The notes beneath the pieces were generated by a model that saw only the letters and a list, made by a program, of their open reading frames with translations, had not been told where the DNA came from and ran no database searches. The translations under genes and the position numbers were made by a program. A stretch of DNA of 37,033 nt from sequence record SRR22947727_2651; one strand, written 5' to 3'. Of the stretch, positions 17,910 through 27,768 are shown one piece after another (positions within the stretch are counted from its first letter, which is position 1; every line of letters begins with the position of its first letter).

Positions 17910-18614
17910 ATGATGAGTGATACACTTTATGCCATCGGCGATGTGCACGGCCAATTGGCACAGCTTGAAACTGCATTGATGCTTATTGAAAAAGACGGCG
18001 GCGCTGAGGCAAAAACGGTGTTTGTGGGGGATCTCGTGGATCGCGGCCAAGACAGCCGCCGCGTGATCGAGCTGATCATGGACGGGCTGGCAGCGGGCCG
18101 CAATTGGACAGTTCTAAAAGGCAATCATGACCGCATGTTCGACTGGTTTATGCAAACGCCTTTGCGACAGGATCCGCATTTGCAAATTGGCCATTCGTGG
18201 CTTCATCCCAGATTGGGCGGCGATAAAACACTCGCCTCTTATGGCATAGATGCAAGCGAGGGGCGGCGGTTATGCGAAGTACAGCGCGAAGCGTTTGACG
18301 CAATTCCCCCAGCGCAGATCGCGTTTTTGCGCGCTTTACCCCTTACCTTCCAGCATGCGAATTGGTTTTTTGTGCATGCGGGTATACGCCCCAATATTCC
18401 CTTATCCGAACAGTTCGAAGATGATCTTTTATGGATCCGTGAACCCTTTTTAAGCTATCAAGATCGCCATCCCTTTATGGTGGTGCATGGACATACGGCC
18501 CTGGATGCCCCGGCGCATTTCGGAAATCGCATCAATCTTGATGGCGGTGCCGGATACGGCCGTCCGCTGGTGCCGGTGGCCCTTAACAAGGAGACGATGC
18601 GCCCGCTCTGTTAG
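17910..18614 (+). CDS. PPP-family Ser/Thr protein phosphatase-like metallophosphoesterase
   Basis: GDVHG, GDLVDRG, GNHD, HAG and HGHT motifs. Confidence 0.88.
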   Translation: MMSDTLYAIGDVHGQLAQLETALMLIEKDGGAEAKTVFVGDLVDRGQDSRRVIELIMDGLAAGRNWTVLKGNHDRMFDWFMQTPLRQDPHLQIGHSWLHPRLGGDKTLASYGIDASEGRRLCEVQREAFDAIPPAQIAFLRALPLTFQHANWFFVHAGIRPNIPLSEQFEDDLLWIREPFLSYQDRHPFMVVHGHTALDAPAHFGNRINLDGGAGYGRPLVPVALNKETMRPLC

Positions 18615-18670
18615 GCCCGCCACGTCAAAATGCTTGCGCTGCCTCGGTCTTTTATCGTAGGTCAACGGCC

Positions 18671-19585
18671 ATGTTTACTATAGCTGCCCTTTATCATTTT
18701 ACCCGATTTGACGATCCGGCCAGCTTGCGCGCACCGCTGCAATCTGCCTGCGAAACCTTGCACATCACGGGCTCACTTTTGCTGGCCGCAGAAGGGATTA
18801 ATGGCACCGTTGCCGGAAGCGCGTCCAATGTTGCAACGCTTTTAAAAACCTTGCGCGCGCTGCCCGGTTGCGCAGCCTTAGAGCATAAGGAAAGCACCGC
18901 AACTCTGCCGCCTTTTCCCCGGATGAAAGTAAAGCTTAAAAAAGAAATCGTCACCATGGGCAAGCCAGATGTGAACCCTCAGGCACAGGTTGGCCATTAT
19001 GTAGATCCAGCGCAGTGGAATGAATTGATCAGCGCCCCCGATGTGGCGGTGATTGATACGCGCAATGATTATGAAGTTGCCATTGGCAGCTTTGAAGGGG
19101 CTATTGATCCGCAAACACGCTCGTTCCGCGACTTCCCCAACTGGTGGGAGGCCAATAAAGAACGGTTTCACAACAAACGCATTGCGATGTTTTGTACCGG
19201 TGGTATCCGCTGCGAAAAATCAACCAATTACCTGCTCGGGCAAGGCGTTGAGGATGTCTATCACCTCAAAGGCGGCATCCTGAAATATCTTGAAGACGTG
19301 CCAGAAGAAAATAGCAAATGGCAGGGCGATTGCTTTGTGTTTGATGCCCGCGTATCGGTGCAGCACGGGCTGGCCGAGGGGCCCCATCAGCTGTGCTATG
19401 CCTGCCGGCGGCCGATCTTGCCCAACGATAAAAAGCGCCCAGAATATGAGCATGGGGTCGCTTGCCACCACTGCTCAGCTCAAACCAGCGAGGCCGATAA
19501 AAACCGTTTTCGCGAGCGTCAAAAGCAAATTCACCTCGCCCGCACACGCGGTGAGACGCATATGCTGGGATATGACGGCAGCTAA
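18671..19585 (+). CDS. trhO: Rhodanese-domain tRNA uridine(34) hydroxylase (YceA/UPF0176 family)
   Basis: EGINGT, KKEIVTMG, IDTRNDYE, MFCTGGIRCEK, HLKGGILKY, CFVFDAR and a C-terminal Cys cluster. Confidence 0.88.
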   Translation: MFTIAALYHFTRFDDPASLRAPLQSACETLHITGSLLLAAEGINGTVAGSASNVATLLKTLRALPGCAALEHKESTATLPPFPRMKVKLKKEIVTMGKPDVNPQAQVGHYVDPAQWNELISAPDVAVIDTRNDYEVAIGSFEGAIDPQTRSFRDFPNWWEANKERFHNKRIAMFCTGGIRCEKSTNYLLGQGVEDVYHLKGGILKYLEDVPEENSKWQGDCFVFDARVSVQHGLAEGPHQLCYACRRPILPNDKKRPEYEHGVACHHCSAQTSEADKNRFRERQKQIHLARTRGETHMLGYDGS

Positions 19586-19749
19586 AGCCGCAACGCCAAT
19601 TTTGGTCTAAATCGCATGCTGTTGGCAGCCGCGTGCGGCTGGGACGAAGACCCCCCTGCAAATATGGTGAAAAACCGCCGTAAAAGCCGTTGCCTTTCTG
19701 TGCAAATCAGCCGAAATTAGTGGCTAAATTAGGCAAAGGAACCGTTTTC

Positions 19750-21237
19750 ATGGGTAATATATTGGCAATTGATCAAGGCACCACCTCCAGCAGGGCAATC
19801 GTGTTTGATCAGGCAATGACGCCCATTTCTGATGCACAAGAAGAATTCGAGCAGCATTTTCCGCAAAGTGGCTGGGTAGAGCACGCGCCTCAAGATCTCT
19901 GGGATACGACAATGCGCACCTGCCGCGCCGCGCTCTCAAACGCCGATCTTAATGCGCGCGATATCGCGGCTATTGGGATTACGAATCAACGTGAAACCAC
20001 CGTGGTGTGGGATCGCCATACCGGCGAAGCCATTCACAAAGCCATCGTTTGGCAGGATCGGCGCACCGCAACGCTCTGCGCGACGTTGCGCGCTGAGGGT
20101 CATGAAGCCTTGGTCACCGCGCAAACCGGCTTGCTGCTGGATCCCTATTTTTCGGGCACCAAGCTGAAATGGATTTTAGAGAATGTTGAGGGCGCAAAAG
20201 CAAAAGCAAAAGCCGGTGATTTGCTGTTTGGCACGGTTGACAGCTATTTGATCTGGCGCTTAACGGGCGGTGTAGCGCATGTGACGGATGCCACAAATGC
20301 CGCACGCACGATGCTCTATGATATCCATAAAGGTGCTTGGAGCACAGAGATCTGCGCCCTCTTGGATATTCCCGTGCAGATGTTGCCAAAAGTACTGAAC
20401 AGCGCCGATCATTTTGGCGAGACCACGCCGGATCTGTTTGGCAGCGCGATTCCTATTTTAGGCGTTGCAGGCGATCAGCAAGCGGCCACGGTTGGGCAGG
20501 CATGCTTTCAGCCTGGGATGCTGAAATCAACCTATGGCACAGGATGTTTTGCGCTTTTGAACACGGGCGATACGCCTGTAACATCCAGCAACCGTTTGCT
20601 AACCACGATTGCCTATCAGTTAAACGGCAAACCCACTTATGCGCTTGAAGGGTCCATTTTTATCGCCGGCGCCGTGGTCCAATGGCTGCGCGATGGCCTA
20701 AAAATAATAACCAATGCCCCGCAAACGCAAACTCTGGCAGAAACGGCTGATCCTGGCCAAGATTTGGTTTTGGTCCCTGCTTTTACAGGGCTGGGCGCGC
20801 CCTATTGGAACGCCGAATGCCGCGGCGCGATCTATGGGTTAAGCCGCAATTCTGGCCCCGCAGAATTCGCCAAAGCCGCCCTAGAAAGCGTTGGGTTTCA
20901 AACCCGGGATTTGCTAGAGGCGATGCAGGCGGATTGGCCCGGCGATGCTGCAAAGGCCGTGTTGCGCGTGGATGGGGGGATGTCTGCCAGCAATTGGACC
21001 ATGCAGTTTTTAGCCGATATTATCGGCGCTGCAGTGGATCGACCAGAGGTTTTGGAAACCACGGCGCTGGGCGCTGCTTGGCTTGCCGGCATGCGGGCCG
21101 GAATTTACCCATCCCAAGAGGCGTTTTCAAAAACATGGGCTCTGCAACGCCGCTTTGAACCAGCTATGGAAGCAGCCGCGCAAAGCGCCAAATATAGCCG
21201 TTGGAAAAACGCGGTTCAGGCGACGCTCAGCGTTTAA
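19750..21237 (+). CDS. glpK: Glycerol kinase
   Basis: Start ATG 19750 after [50 protein letters not shown]. Confidence 0.95.
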   Translation: MGNILAIDQGTTSSRAIVFDQAMTPISDAQEEFEQHFPQSGWVEHAPQDLWDTTMRTCRAALSNADLNARDIAAIGITNQRETTVVWDRHTGEAIHKAIVWQDRRTATLCATLRAEGHEALVTAQTGLLLDPYFSGTKLKWILENVEGAKAKAKAGDLLFGTVDSYLIWRLTGGVAHVTDATNAARTMLYDIHKGAWSTEICALLDIPVQMLPKVLNSADHFGETTPDLFGSAIPILGVAGDQQAATVGQACFQPGMLKSTYGTGCFALLNTGDTPVTSSNRLLTTIAYQLNGKPTYALEGSIFIAGAVVQWLRDGLKIITNAPQTQTLAETADPGQDLVLVPAFTGLGAPYWNAECRGAIYGLSRNSGPAEFAKAALESVGFQTRDLLEAMQADWPGDAAKAVLRVDGGMSASNWTMQFLADIIGAAVDRPEVLETTALGAAWLAGMRAGIYPSQEAFSKTWALQRRFEPAMEAAAQSAKYSRWKNAVQATLSV

Positions 21238-21246
21238 GCCCGCCGC

Positions 21247-22431
21247 TTAAATACCACAATCAACGATCGCCTTAGCCAAGATCGGCACGGTTTTTTGATT
21301 GAGGCCAGCGATATTCAAACGGCTGTCACCCACCATGTAAATCGCGTGTTCCTCGCGCAGCCGGGCCACTTTATCCGGGGTGGTTCCCAAACGCGAAAAC
21401 ATCCCACGATGCTGGGCTAAAAACCCAAACCGATCAGAGCCCGACAGGCGCTGAAGCTCTTCGGATAACTGTTCGCGCAGCCCCAACATCGACAAGCGCA
21501 CCTCTTCCAATTCGGCGGCCCAATCCGCGCGTAGATCAGGATCGCTCAGGACCATGGTCACCAACCTTGCGCCATGATCCGGCGGGAATGAAAAATTTTG
21601 CCGATTCAAATAGGCAAGCGTGCCCTGATTGAGCCCCCGCGCCGCTAGATCTTGTGAAACCACCATCAACAGACCCGTGCGCTCACGATAAATCCCGAAG
21701 TTTTTTGAACAACTGGCGGCAATAATCGTTTCTGGCACCGATTGCACCAAAAGGCGCGTGCCAGCGGCATCCTCTTCCAGGCCATCACCAAAGCCTTGAT
21801 ACGCGATATCCACCATTGGCGTGGCGCCGGTTTTATGCAGCAGATCGATCACCGCCTGCCATTGCACCGCGTTCAAATTTGCCCCTGTCGGGTTGTGGCA
21901 ACAGCCATGCAGCAAAATCACATCCCCCGGTTTGGCCGCCGAAAGATCTTGCAACATGGCTTCAAAATCTACGCCGCGCGTCTCACCATCAAAATACCGG
22001 TAAGGCACCACCGGCATGCCAAGGAATTTTAGAATAGACAAATGGTTTGGCCATGTCGGGTCTGACACAAAAATGCGCGCCTCAGGATGCGCCATTTTGA
22101 TCAGTTCAAAAGCCTGTCTGACAGCACCTGTGCCCCCCGGGGTTGCGGCCGCAGCCACGCTGGCTCTTGGCACCGCATCGCCCAGCACCAGATCAACCAT
22201 CACGTCGGAAAAGCGTGGATCCCCCAACAGACCAACGTAAGATTTCGTTGTTTCTTGCTGCCACAGCTGATGCTCTGCGGTTTTAACCGCCCGCATCACA
22301 GGCGTGATCCCTTCGGCATTTTTATAAACGCCAACACCAAGATCAATTTTTTGATCGCGTGGATCTTCTTTATACGCCTGCACCAATGCCAGAATTTTAT
22401 CTGCCGGTTGTTCTACGAGATCTTGAAACAT
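21247..22431 (-). CDS. tyrB: Aromatic amino acid/aspartate aminotransferase (class I, TyrB/AspC)
   Basis: Start placed at MFQDLVEQPAD (22431); KIDLGVGVY, PGGTGA, HGCCHNPTG, DIAYQGF, SCSKNFGIYRER. Confidence 0.85.
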   Translation of the reverse strand: MFQDLVEQPADKILALVQAYKEDPRDQKIDLGVGVYKNAEGITPVMRAVKTAEHQLWQQETTKSYVGLLGDPRFSDVMVDLVLGDAVPRASVAAAATPGGTGAVRQAFELIKMAHPEARIFVSDPTWPNHLSILKFLGMPVVPYRYFDGETRGVDFEAMLQDLSAAKPGDVILLHGCCHNPTGANLNAVQWQAVIDLLHKTGATPMVDIAYQGFGDGLEEDAAGTRLLVQSVPETIIAASCSKNFGIYRERTGLLMVVSQDLAARGLNQGTLAYLNRQNFSFPPDHGARLVTMVLSDPDLRADWAAELEEVRLSMLGLREQLSEELQRLSGSDRFGFLAQHRGMFSRLGTTPDKVARLREEHAIYMVGDSRLNIAGLNQKTVPILAKAIVDCGI

Positions 22432-23288
22432 TATGTCTTTCCTGTGGCTATGGGCAAGGTTGGAAACATGCCCCATTCGGTCCAGCTGCCGTCATATAGG
22501 GAATGGTCGGTTTTGCCCATACGGGTCAATCCTAAACTGAGAATTGCGGCCGTCACGCCCGAACCGCAGCTGGTAATCACTGGTTTGTCCAAATCGACAC
22601 CGGCTTCCAAAAAAACCTGACGCATCTCATCCGGCGATTTCATCGTATCATCTGCATTCAACAAATCTTTGTAGAACACATTTTTTGATCCTGGAATATG
22701 ACCGGCGCGTAAACCGGGGCGGGGCTCGGGATCTTTTCCGTAAAACCGGCCCGGCGAGCGCGCATCCACGATCTCAGACTCTCCCAGTTTTGACGCCGCC
22801 GAAACTTGTGTGACATCCTTGACCATTTGGTTTTGGCGCCGCACCATCATATGGCGGTCGCGCAGAATAGGCGGCAAATCTTCCACCGGATGGCCCTCTG
22901 CTTGCCATTTGGGAAAACCGCCATCCAGCACGGCAATATCCATTTGGCCCATCAATTTAAACAACCACCACACCCGCGGCGCGGAAAACAACCCAGCGCC
23001 GTCGTAAACAACAATTTGATGCCCATCGCCTACGCCAATTGCGCGCATCCGCGACATGAATTTTTCCACCGGCGGAACCATATGCGGCAAATCCGAGCGA
23101 TGGTCGCTAACATCATCAAGGTCAAAGAAACGCGCGCCCGGAATATGCGCCGCCTGATATTCGGCAAAGGGGTCGCGCTTAGAGCCGGGCAAATACCACG
23201 ACGCATCCAAAACCCTTAAATCAGGATCTTTTAAATGCGCGGCCAGCCATTGCGTTGAGACAAGGGTTTTAGGGTCATTGCGGGTCAT
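22431..23288 (-). CDS. sseA: 3-mercaptopyruvate sulfurtransferase
   Basis: Tandem rhodanese domains; LDASWY, HIPGA, active loop CGSGVTA, YDGSWTEWG; 1-bp overlap with the tyrB start. Confidence 0.92.
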   Translation of the reverse strand: MTRNDPKTLVSTQWLAAHLKDPDLRVLDASWYLPGSKRDPFAEYQAAHIPGARFFDLDDVSDHRSDLPHMVPPVEKFMSRMRAIGVGDGHQIVVYDGAGLFSAPRVWWLFKLMGQMDIAVLDGGFPKWQAEGHPVEDLPPILRDRHMMVRRQNQMVKDVTQVSAASKLGESEIVDARSPGRFYGKDPEPRPGLRAGHIPGSKNVFYKDLLNADDTMKSPDEMRQVFLEAGVDLDKPVITSCGSGVTAAILSLGLTRMGKTDHSLYDGSWTEWGMFPTLPIATGKT

Positions 23289-23346
23289 TATAAACCTCAC
23301 TTATTGCTTTTGTTTTTGCCTACTACTGTCTCTATACAGGGGCAAG

Positions 23347-23400
23347 AGCGGGTTCGGCAATTGTCGCTTTTATAATCGTCCGATTGCCCAGGAACCCGCT
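23347..23400 (-). terminator. Long bulged stem-loop at the smpB 3' end
   Basis: On + strand AGCGGGTTC-GGCAAT...ATTGCC-cag-GAACCCGCT: 9-bp and 6-bp stems separated by a 3-nt bulge, starting at the smpB stop codon. Confidence 0.45.
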
Positions 23401-23875
23401 ACTCGCTATGGCGCAACAAACGCTGTTTTTGTCGCCCCCAATCCCGTTTGGCCTGATCGGCGCGCTTGTCATGATTCTTTTTGCCTTTGGCGATGCCAAT
23501 TTTCAGCTTCACTTTGCCACGATGGTTAAAATACATCACCAAAGGCACCAAAGTCAGACCCTTGCGCTGCGTATCGGCCCAGAGCCGTGCCAGCTCTTTG
23601 CGGCTGACCAGCAATTTGCGCCGCCGCCGCTCTTCATGTCCAAAGGTCTTGGCTTGCTCATAAGGGGCAATATAAGAATTCACTAACCACAACTCTCCGG
23701 CATCCACGCCGGCATAGCTTTCGGCAATATTGGCACTGTTCTCCCGCAGTGATTTCACCTCAGAGCCCAAAAGCATCACACCGCATTCCAAATCATCTTC
23801 AATCGCATAATCAAAACGTGCGCGGCGGTTCTCAGAGATCACTTTATAATTTGGGTCAGATTTGGAATTTGCCAT
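23399..23875 (-). CDS. smpB: SsrA-binding protein SmpB
   Basis: [38 protein letters not shown]. Confidence 0.97.
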   Translation of the reverse strand: MANSKSDPNYKVISENRRARFDYAIEDDLECGVMLLGSEVKSLRENSANIAESYAGVDAGELWLVNSYIAPYEQAKTFGHEERRRRKLLVSRKELARLWADTQRKGLTLVPLVMYFNHRGKVKLKIGIAKGKKNHDKRADQAKRDWGRQKQRLLRHSE

Positions 23876-23998
23876 GGCATGGGCAGATACACGGCCACAG
23901 CTTCTGTGTCTATGGGCTGGTGCCCAAACTGTCCAAAATCATGGTGCCCTATCGGGCATGGGCTGTTTGCACCAGCAGGAAAAAACTAGACCTTGAAC

Positions 23999-24023
23999 CG
24001 TTTATCGGCAAGATAGATAAACG
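23999..24023 (+). promoter_or_regulatory. Inverted repeat (candidate operator) upstream of the orphan aminotransferase
   Basis: CGTTTATC-N9-GATAAACG, a perfect 8-bp inverted repeat directly after a TTGAAC -35-like hexamer (23993-23998). Confidence 0.45.
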
Positions 24024-24068
24024 CAGCTGATACCCGCCAGCCCCTTACAAACCAGAGAGATACGCAGC

Positions 24069-25421
24069 ATGAAAGATGATAATTTTCTGAAAGAAAATAA
24101 CGCCCGCCATTTATGGCACCCGATGGGCCATCCGAGCGATTCGTTGGAAACGCCGCCGCGTATCATCACCGGGGCGGAGGGCGTTTATGTGCATGATATT
24201 GACGGGCATTCCGCGATTGATGCCGTTGGAGGCTTATGGTGCGTTAATCTGGGATATTCCAACAACCCGATCAAAGACGCGATCGCCAAACAGCTTTACG
24301 ATCTGCCCTATTCCTCAAATTTTGCCGGCTCAACCAACCCATGCGCGATTGAGGCCTCACTGGCGGTGCGCAATATGTTTGCCGAAGATGGGATGGCGCG
24401 GGTCTTTTTCACCTCGGGCGGCTCTGACTCAGTAGAAACCGCGCTGCGCCTATCGCGCCAATATCACCGACTGCGCAATGAACCCACCCGTACCAAATTC
24501 CTTTCGTTGAAAAAAGGGTATCACGGCACGCATTTTGGGGGCGCCTCGGTCAATGGCAATAACCGCTTTCGGATCAATTACGAACCACTGATGCCGGGCT
24601 GCTTTCATCTGCCCAGCCCTTATACTTATCGCAATCCCTTTGATGAAACGGATCCAGCAGCTTTGGCGCAGAAAATCGCCGCCAGTTTTGAGGATGAAAT
24701 CCTTTTTCAAGGCGCGCAAACCATCGCCGCCTTTATTATGGAGCCAATCCAAGGCGCTGGCGGCGTGATTGTGCCGGATGCCTCATTCATGAAGCTGATG
24801 CGCGACATCTGTGACAAATATGGAATTTTGATGATTTCAGATGAGGTGATTACCGGCTTTGGCCGTACCGGCGATTGGTCGGGTGCGCGCCATTGGGGCG
24901 TAAAGCCTGATATGATGTGTTTGGCCAAAGGCATTACCAGCGCCTATTTTCCCGTAGGCGCTGCATTGATGAGCGAAAAGGTCGCCGAGGTATTCGAAAA
25001 GGACACCACGGGCGAGGCGGGTATTTATCATGGTTACACTTATTCAGCGCATCCGGTCGGGGCCGCAGCCGTGGTGGCCTGCCTGCAGGAAACCCTGCGT
25101 CTTGATACAAAAACCAACGCGGCAGCACGCGGCACTCAATTGTTTGAAGGGGTGAAAAAGCTCGCCGATAAATACGATATTATAGGCGATATACGCGGCG
25201 GCGAAGGGTTGATGATCGGACTTGAAATCGTTAGCGATAAAGCGGCCAAAACGCCGATGGATGGTGCAACGATGACGCGGCTGCATCAAGCCACGTTTGA
25301 GGCCGGCGCGTTGGTGCGTTTAGGCATGCATAATGTGCTAATGTCTCCCCCTTTGGTGATTACAGAGGCAGAAGTGGATGGCATTCTCACGGCTCTAGAC
25401 CGAGGCTTTGCCAATGTATAA
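24069..25421 (+). CDS. Class III PLP omega-aminotransferase, substrate unknown
   Basis: LWHPM, DAVGGLWCVNLGY, GGSDSVE, GYHGTH, DEVITGFGRTG, CLAKGIT, HGYTYSAHP. Confidence 0.88.
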   Translation: MKDDNFLKENNARHLWHPMGHPSDSLETPPRIITGAEGVYVHDIDGHSAIDAVGGLWCVNLGYSNNPIKDAIAKQLYDLPYSSNFAGSTNPCAIEASLAVRNMFAEDGMARVFFTSGGSDSVETALRLSRQYHRLRNEPTRTKFLSLKKGYHGTHFGGASVNGNNRFRINYEPLMPGCFHLPSPYTYRNPFDETDPAALAQKIAASFEDEILFQGAQTIAAFIMEPIQGAGGVIVPDASFMKLMRDICDKYGILMISDEVITGFGRTGDWSGARHWGVKPDMMCLAKGITSAYFPVGAALMSEKVAEVFEKDTTGEAGIYHGYTYSAHPVGAAAVVACLQETLRLDTKTNAAARGTQLFEGVKKLADKYDIIGDIRGGEGLMIGLEIVSDKAAKTPMDGATMTRLHQATFEAGALVRLGMHNVLMSPPLVITEAEVDGILTALDRGFANV

Positions 25422-25422
25422 T

Positions 25423-25992
25423 TTAATCACGCGGGCTTGCGGTCGGGTTCAGGATTTTTTCAAACCGACCCGGTTGCACCCCCCCCAACTGCCAAGGTCC
25501 AATCTGCGCCCGGATTAAGCGCAGCGTCGGAAAGCCCAGCGCAGCAGTCATTCGGCGTACCTGACGGTTGCGCCCTTCACGCAGACTTACTTCCAACCAC
25601 GCCTCCGGCACCGTTTTTCGAAACCGAACCGGCGGGGTTCTTGGCCAAAGATCAGCCGGCGGGTCGATCAAGCGCGCCTGTGCAGGCAAAGTCTTTCCAT
25701 CTTTCAGCAGGATGCCTTGTTCAAACCGCTCAAGATCTGATTGCTGAGGCGCCCCTTCCACTTGCACCCAATAGGTTTTGGTCATTTTGTGTTTCGGGTT
25801 GGAAATCCGCGCCTGCAGCTTGCCATCATCGGTCAAAATCAGCAAACCTTCGCTATCCCGATCAAGCCGCCCCGCAGGATAGACAAACGGGATATCGATA
25901 AAGGCTGATAGCGTCTTTCGATCGCTGCCCGCGCTGCCCTTATCGGTAAATTGCGACAGCACATTGTAAGGTTTGTTGAATAAAACGATCAC
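25423..25992 (-). CDS. rluE: Ribosomal large subunit pseudouridine synthase (RluE-like, RsuA family)
   Basis: Likely GTG start at 25992, in GTGA overlap with the asparaginase stop; FNKPYNVLSQF, AGRLDRDSEGL (catalytic Asp), KTYWVQVEG, EGRNRQVRRMTA. Confidence 0.85.
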   Translation of the reverse strand: MIVLFNKPYNVLSQFTDKGSAGSDRKTLSAFIDIPFVYPAGRLDRDSEGLLILTDDGKLQARISNPKHKMTKTYWVQVEGAPQQSDLERFEQGILLKDGKTLPAQARLIDPPADLWPRTPPVRFRKTVPEAWLEVSLREGRNRQVRRMTAALGFPTLRLIRAQIGPWQLGGVQPGRFEKILNPTASPRD

Positions 25993-26987
25993 AAGGTCAA
26001 TCCTGGCGCGGGGCGTATCTCGCCAGTCTGCAGCCCGCTCCAATTGACAATCGGCGCATGCATACGTTTCAGCGTTGCAGGATGTGCGGGCGGTAAAGCC
26101 CCCAAAGCACAGAGCAGGGCCGCAATCGCGCATTCACTGGCGCGGGTGCTGCCATCCAATATTTTCACCGCGATGCCAAAGCGCTTTTGGGGAATAATGG
26201 CAACGAAAACCCCTTCGGCGCCAGTTTTGACCACCGTGCCACCCTGCATCGCTTGCATCAATTCGGTGCAGGCGCGGCCCTCACCCGCCACCAAATCCGG
26301 ATTCAGCGCCATCGCGCGGCGCAATCGCAAAGCCGCCTGTGAAGCGCCATCTATGCGCGCCTCAGCGCTGGCGAACCAAGCCATTGACCGCGCCAATCCA
26401 AGCAATGAAGTGGTAAAATTGGGCGCAGAACATCCATCAATCGCGTGCCCCGGGCTGGTGGCATCTGTCACCTGCTCAAAAGCTTCTAAGCAGGCGCGCT
26501 GTACCGGATGCGCAATGTCAGTATAGGCTTCATCGCCTTTTAAAAACTGACCCAGCGTTAAAAATCCGGTATGTTTTCCCGAGCAATTATTATGAATTTG
26601 GCAGGGCGCTTCCTGTGCCGCTTGCACGCGCCGTTTTTCACCCCGGTCCCGGGGGGGCTGGGCGCCGCATCGCAAAGCTGTTTGGTCATACCCCAATGCC
26701 TGTAACCAGGCGCTGACCCGGCTGGTATGGATTTGTCCGCCTTGATGCGACGCGCAAGCCAGCGCCAAATCTTGCTCTGTGAGCCCATAGTGATCACCTG
26801 CGCCTGAACTGAGCAAGGGCAGGGCTTGAATCATTTTGGCAGAAGAGCGCGGCAAAATAACCGCGTCGGGATCCCCCCATGATTTTACAATTTGTCCGGT
26901 TTCATCACAGATCACAGCGTGGCCCAGATGAAGGCTTTCCAAAAATGATCCGCGCCAGATTTCACACAAAGCTTCAGGGGCTTGCAT
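25989..26987 (-). CDS. Class 3 (Rhizobium etli-type, Asparaginase_II) L-asparaginase
   Basis: RSSAK, ACASH, NNCSGKH, DGCSAP and KTGAEG motifs. Confidence 0.88.
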   Translation of the reverse strand: MQAPEALCEIWRGSFLESLHLGHAVICDETGQIVKSWGDPDAVILPRSSAKMIQALPLLSSGAGDHYGLTEQDLALACASHQGGQIHTSRVSAWLQALGYDQTALRCGAQPPRDRGEKRRVQAAQEAPCQIHNNCSGKHTGFLTLGQFLKGDEAYTDIAHPVQRACLEAFEQVTDATSPGHAIDGCSAPNFTTSLLGLARSMAWFASAEARIDGASQAALRLRRAMALNPDLVAGEGRACTELMQAMQGGTVVKTGAEGVFVAIIPQKRFGIAVKILDGSTRASECAIAALLCALGALPPAHPATLKRMHAPIVNWSGLQTGEIRPAPGLTL

Positions 26988-27158
26988 TCTTCTCTCCAGA
27001 TAGTGATTTTTTCAGCAAGATCTTGCCAAGAGGGCTTTCGCTAAACTGAGGTTGAGTCTAATATAATTTAAGTGAGGTAGAATAACATATTTTTCTGGCC
27101 TGAAATAAAAATGTAAGAAATACACAATGCTAAACTTTAAGCTATCAACGAGGTTCTA

Positions 27159-27692
27159 ATGCTTTTTATGGCAAGAATTTTTTCAACTTTAATATTGGTT
27201 TTGTTTGTAGCAAATATTGCTTCGGGAGAGACTTCCAAAAGGTCCATAATATCTAATCATGAGACGTGGAGTGCAATTTTGGATACTGCTAGGGAGAGTG
27301 ATGAATGCTGGAGTATGTCTCAGCCAATAGATAAAAAAGCCTATAAGGGTAGTCGATTGGTAAGTGTTAGGAGAGGCGAAATAGGTTTATTTATTTGGTT
27401 TAGTAAAAATGAAGCATCAGAAGGACAAGTTACTTATAACGGTGGATATCCTTTTAACGGAGACGGAGTACTGGTTGATGTCGATGGCGAAAAGTTTAAA
27501 CTCTCGCTAGTCCAAGACGACTGGGCTTGGTCTTCACCAGAAGATGATAAAAAAATAATAAGGGCGATGCAATCTGGTGCTAAAGCCATAGTAACGGCAG
27601 TGTCACAACGCAACACTAAGGTAGTGGATACCTATTCGTTAAAGGGCTTTACCGCCGCTACTAAGGCTGCGAAAAAGGCATGCGAGAAGTGA
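27159..27692 (+). CDS. Invasion-associated locus B (IalB) family exported protein
   Basis: Signal peptide; WS..., ECW...P, VRRGEI, GGYPF, AW...DD.KII.AM..GA.A.V...S.R.T...DTYSL.GFTAA...A...C, with two Cys; sits between the asparaginase and rlmN genes. Confidence 0.8.
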   Translation: MLFMARIFSTLILVLFVANIASGETSKRSIISNHETWSAILDTARESDECWSMSQPIDKKAYKGSRLVSVRRGEIGLFIWFSKNEASEGQVTYNGGYPFNGDGVLVDVDGEKFKLSLVQDDWAWSSPEDDKKIIRAMQSGAKAIVTAVSQRNTKVVDTYSLKGFTAATKAAKKACEK

Positions 27693-27768
27693 CGTAGATA
27701 GTTAAAACCATGAGTTAGCTCTTAAAAGTTATTAACTCCAATTAAATACGACTGGAAAGTTATAGCTG

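Noticed and set aside
25993..26133. N-terminal extension of RluE in the ORF track
   Set aside because: It overlaps the asparaginase CDS; family similarity begins at VIVLFNKP, where a GTG start is coupled to the upstream stop.
27722..27745. TTAA repeats as a CtrA box
   Set aside because: The spacing is N6, not the N7 of the CtrA consensus.
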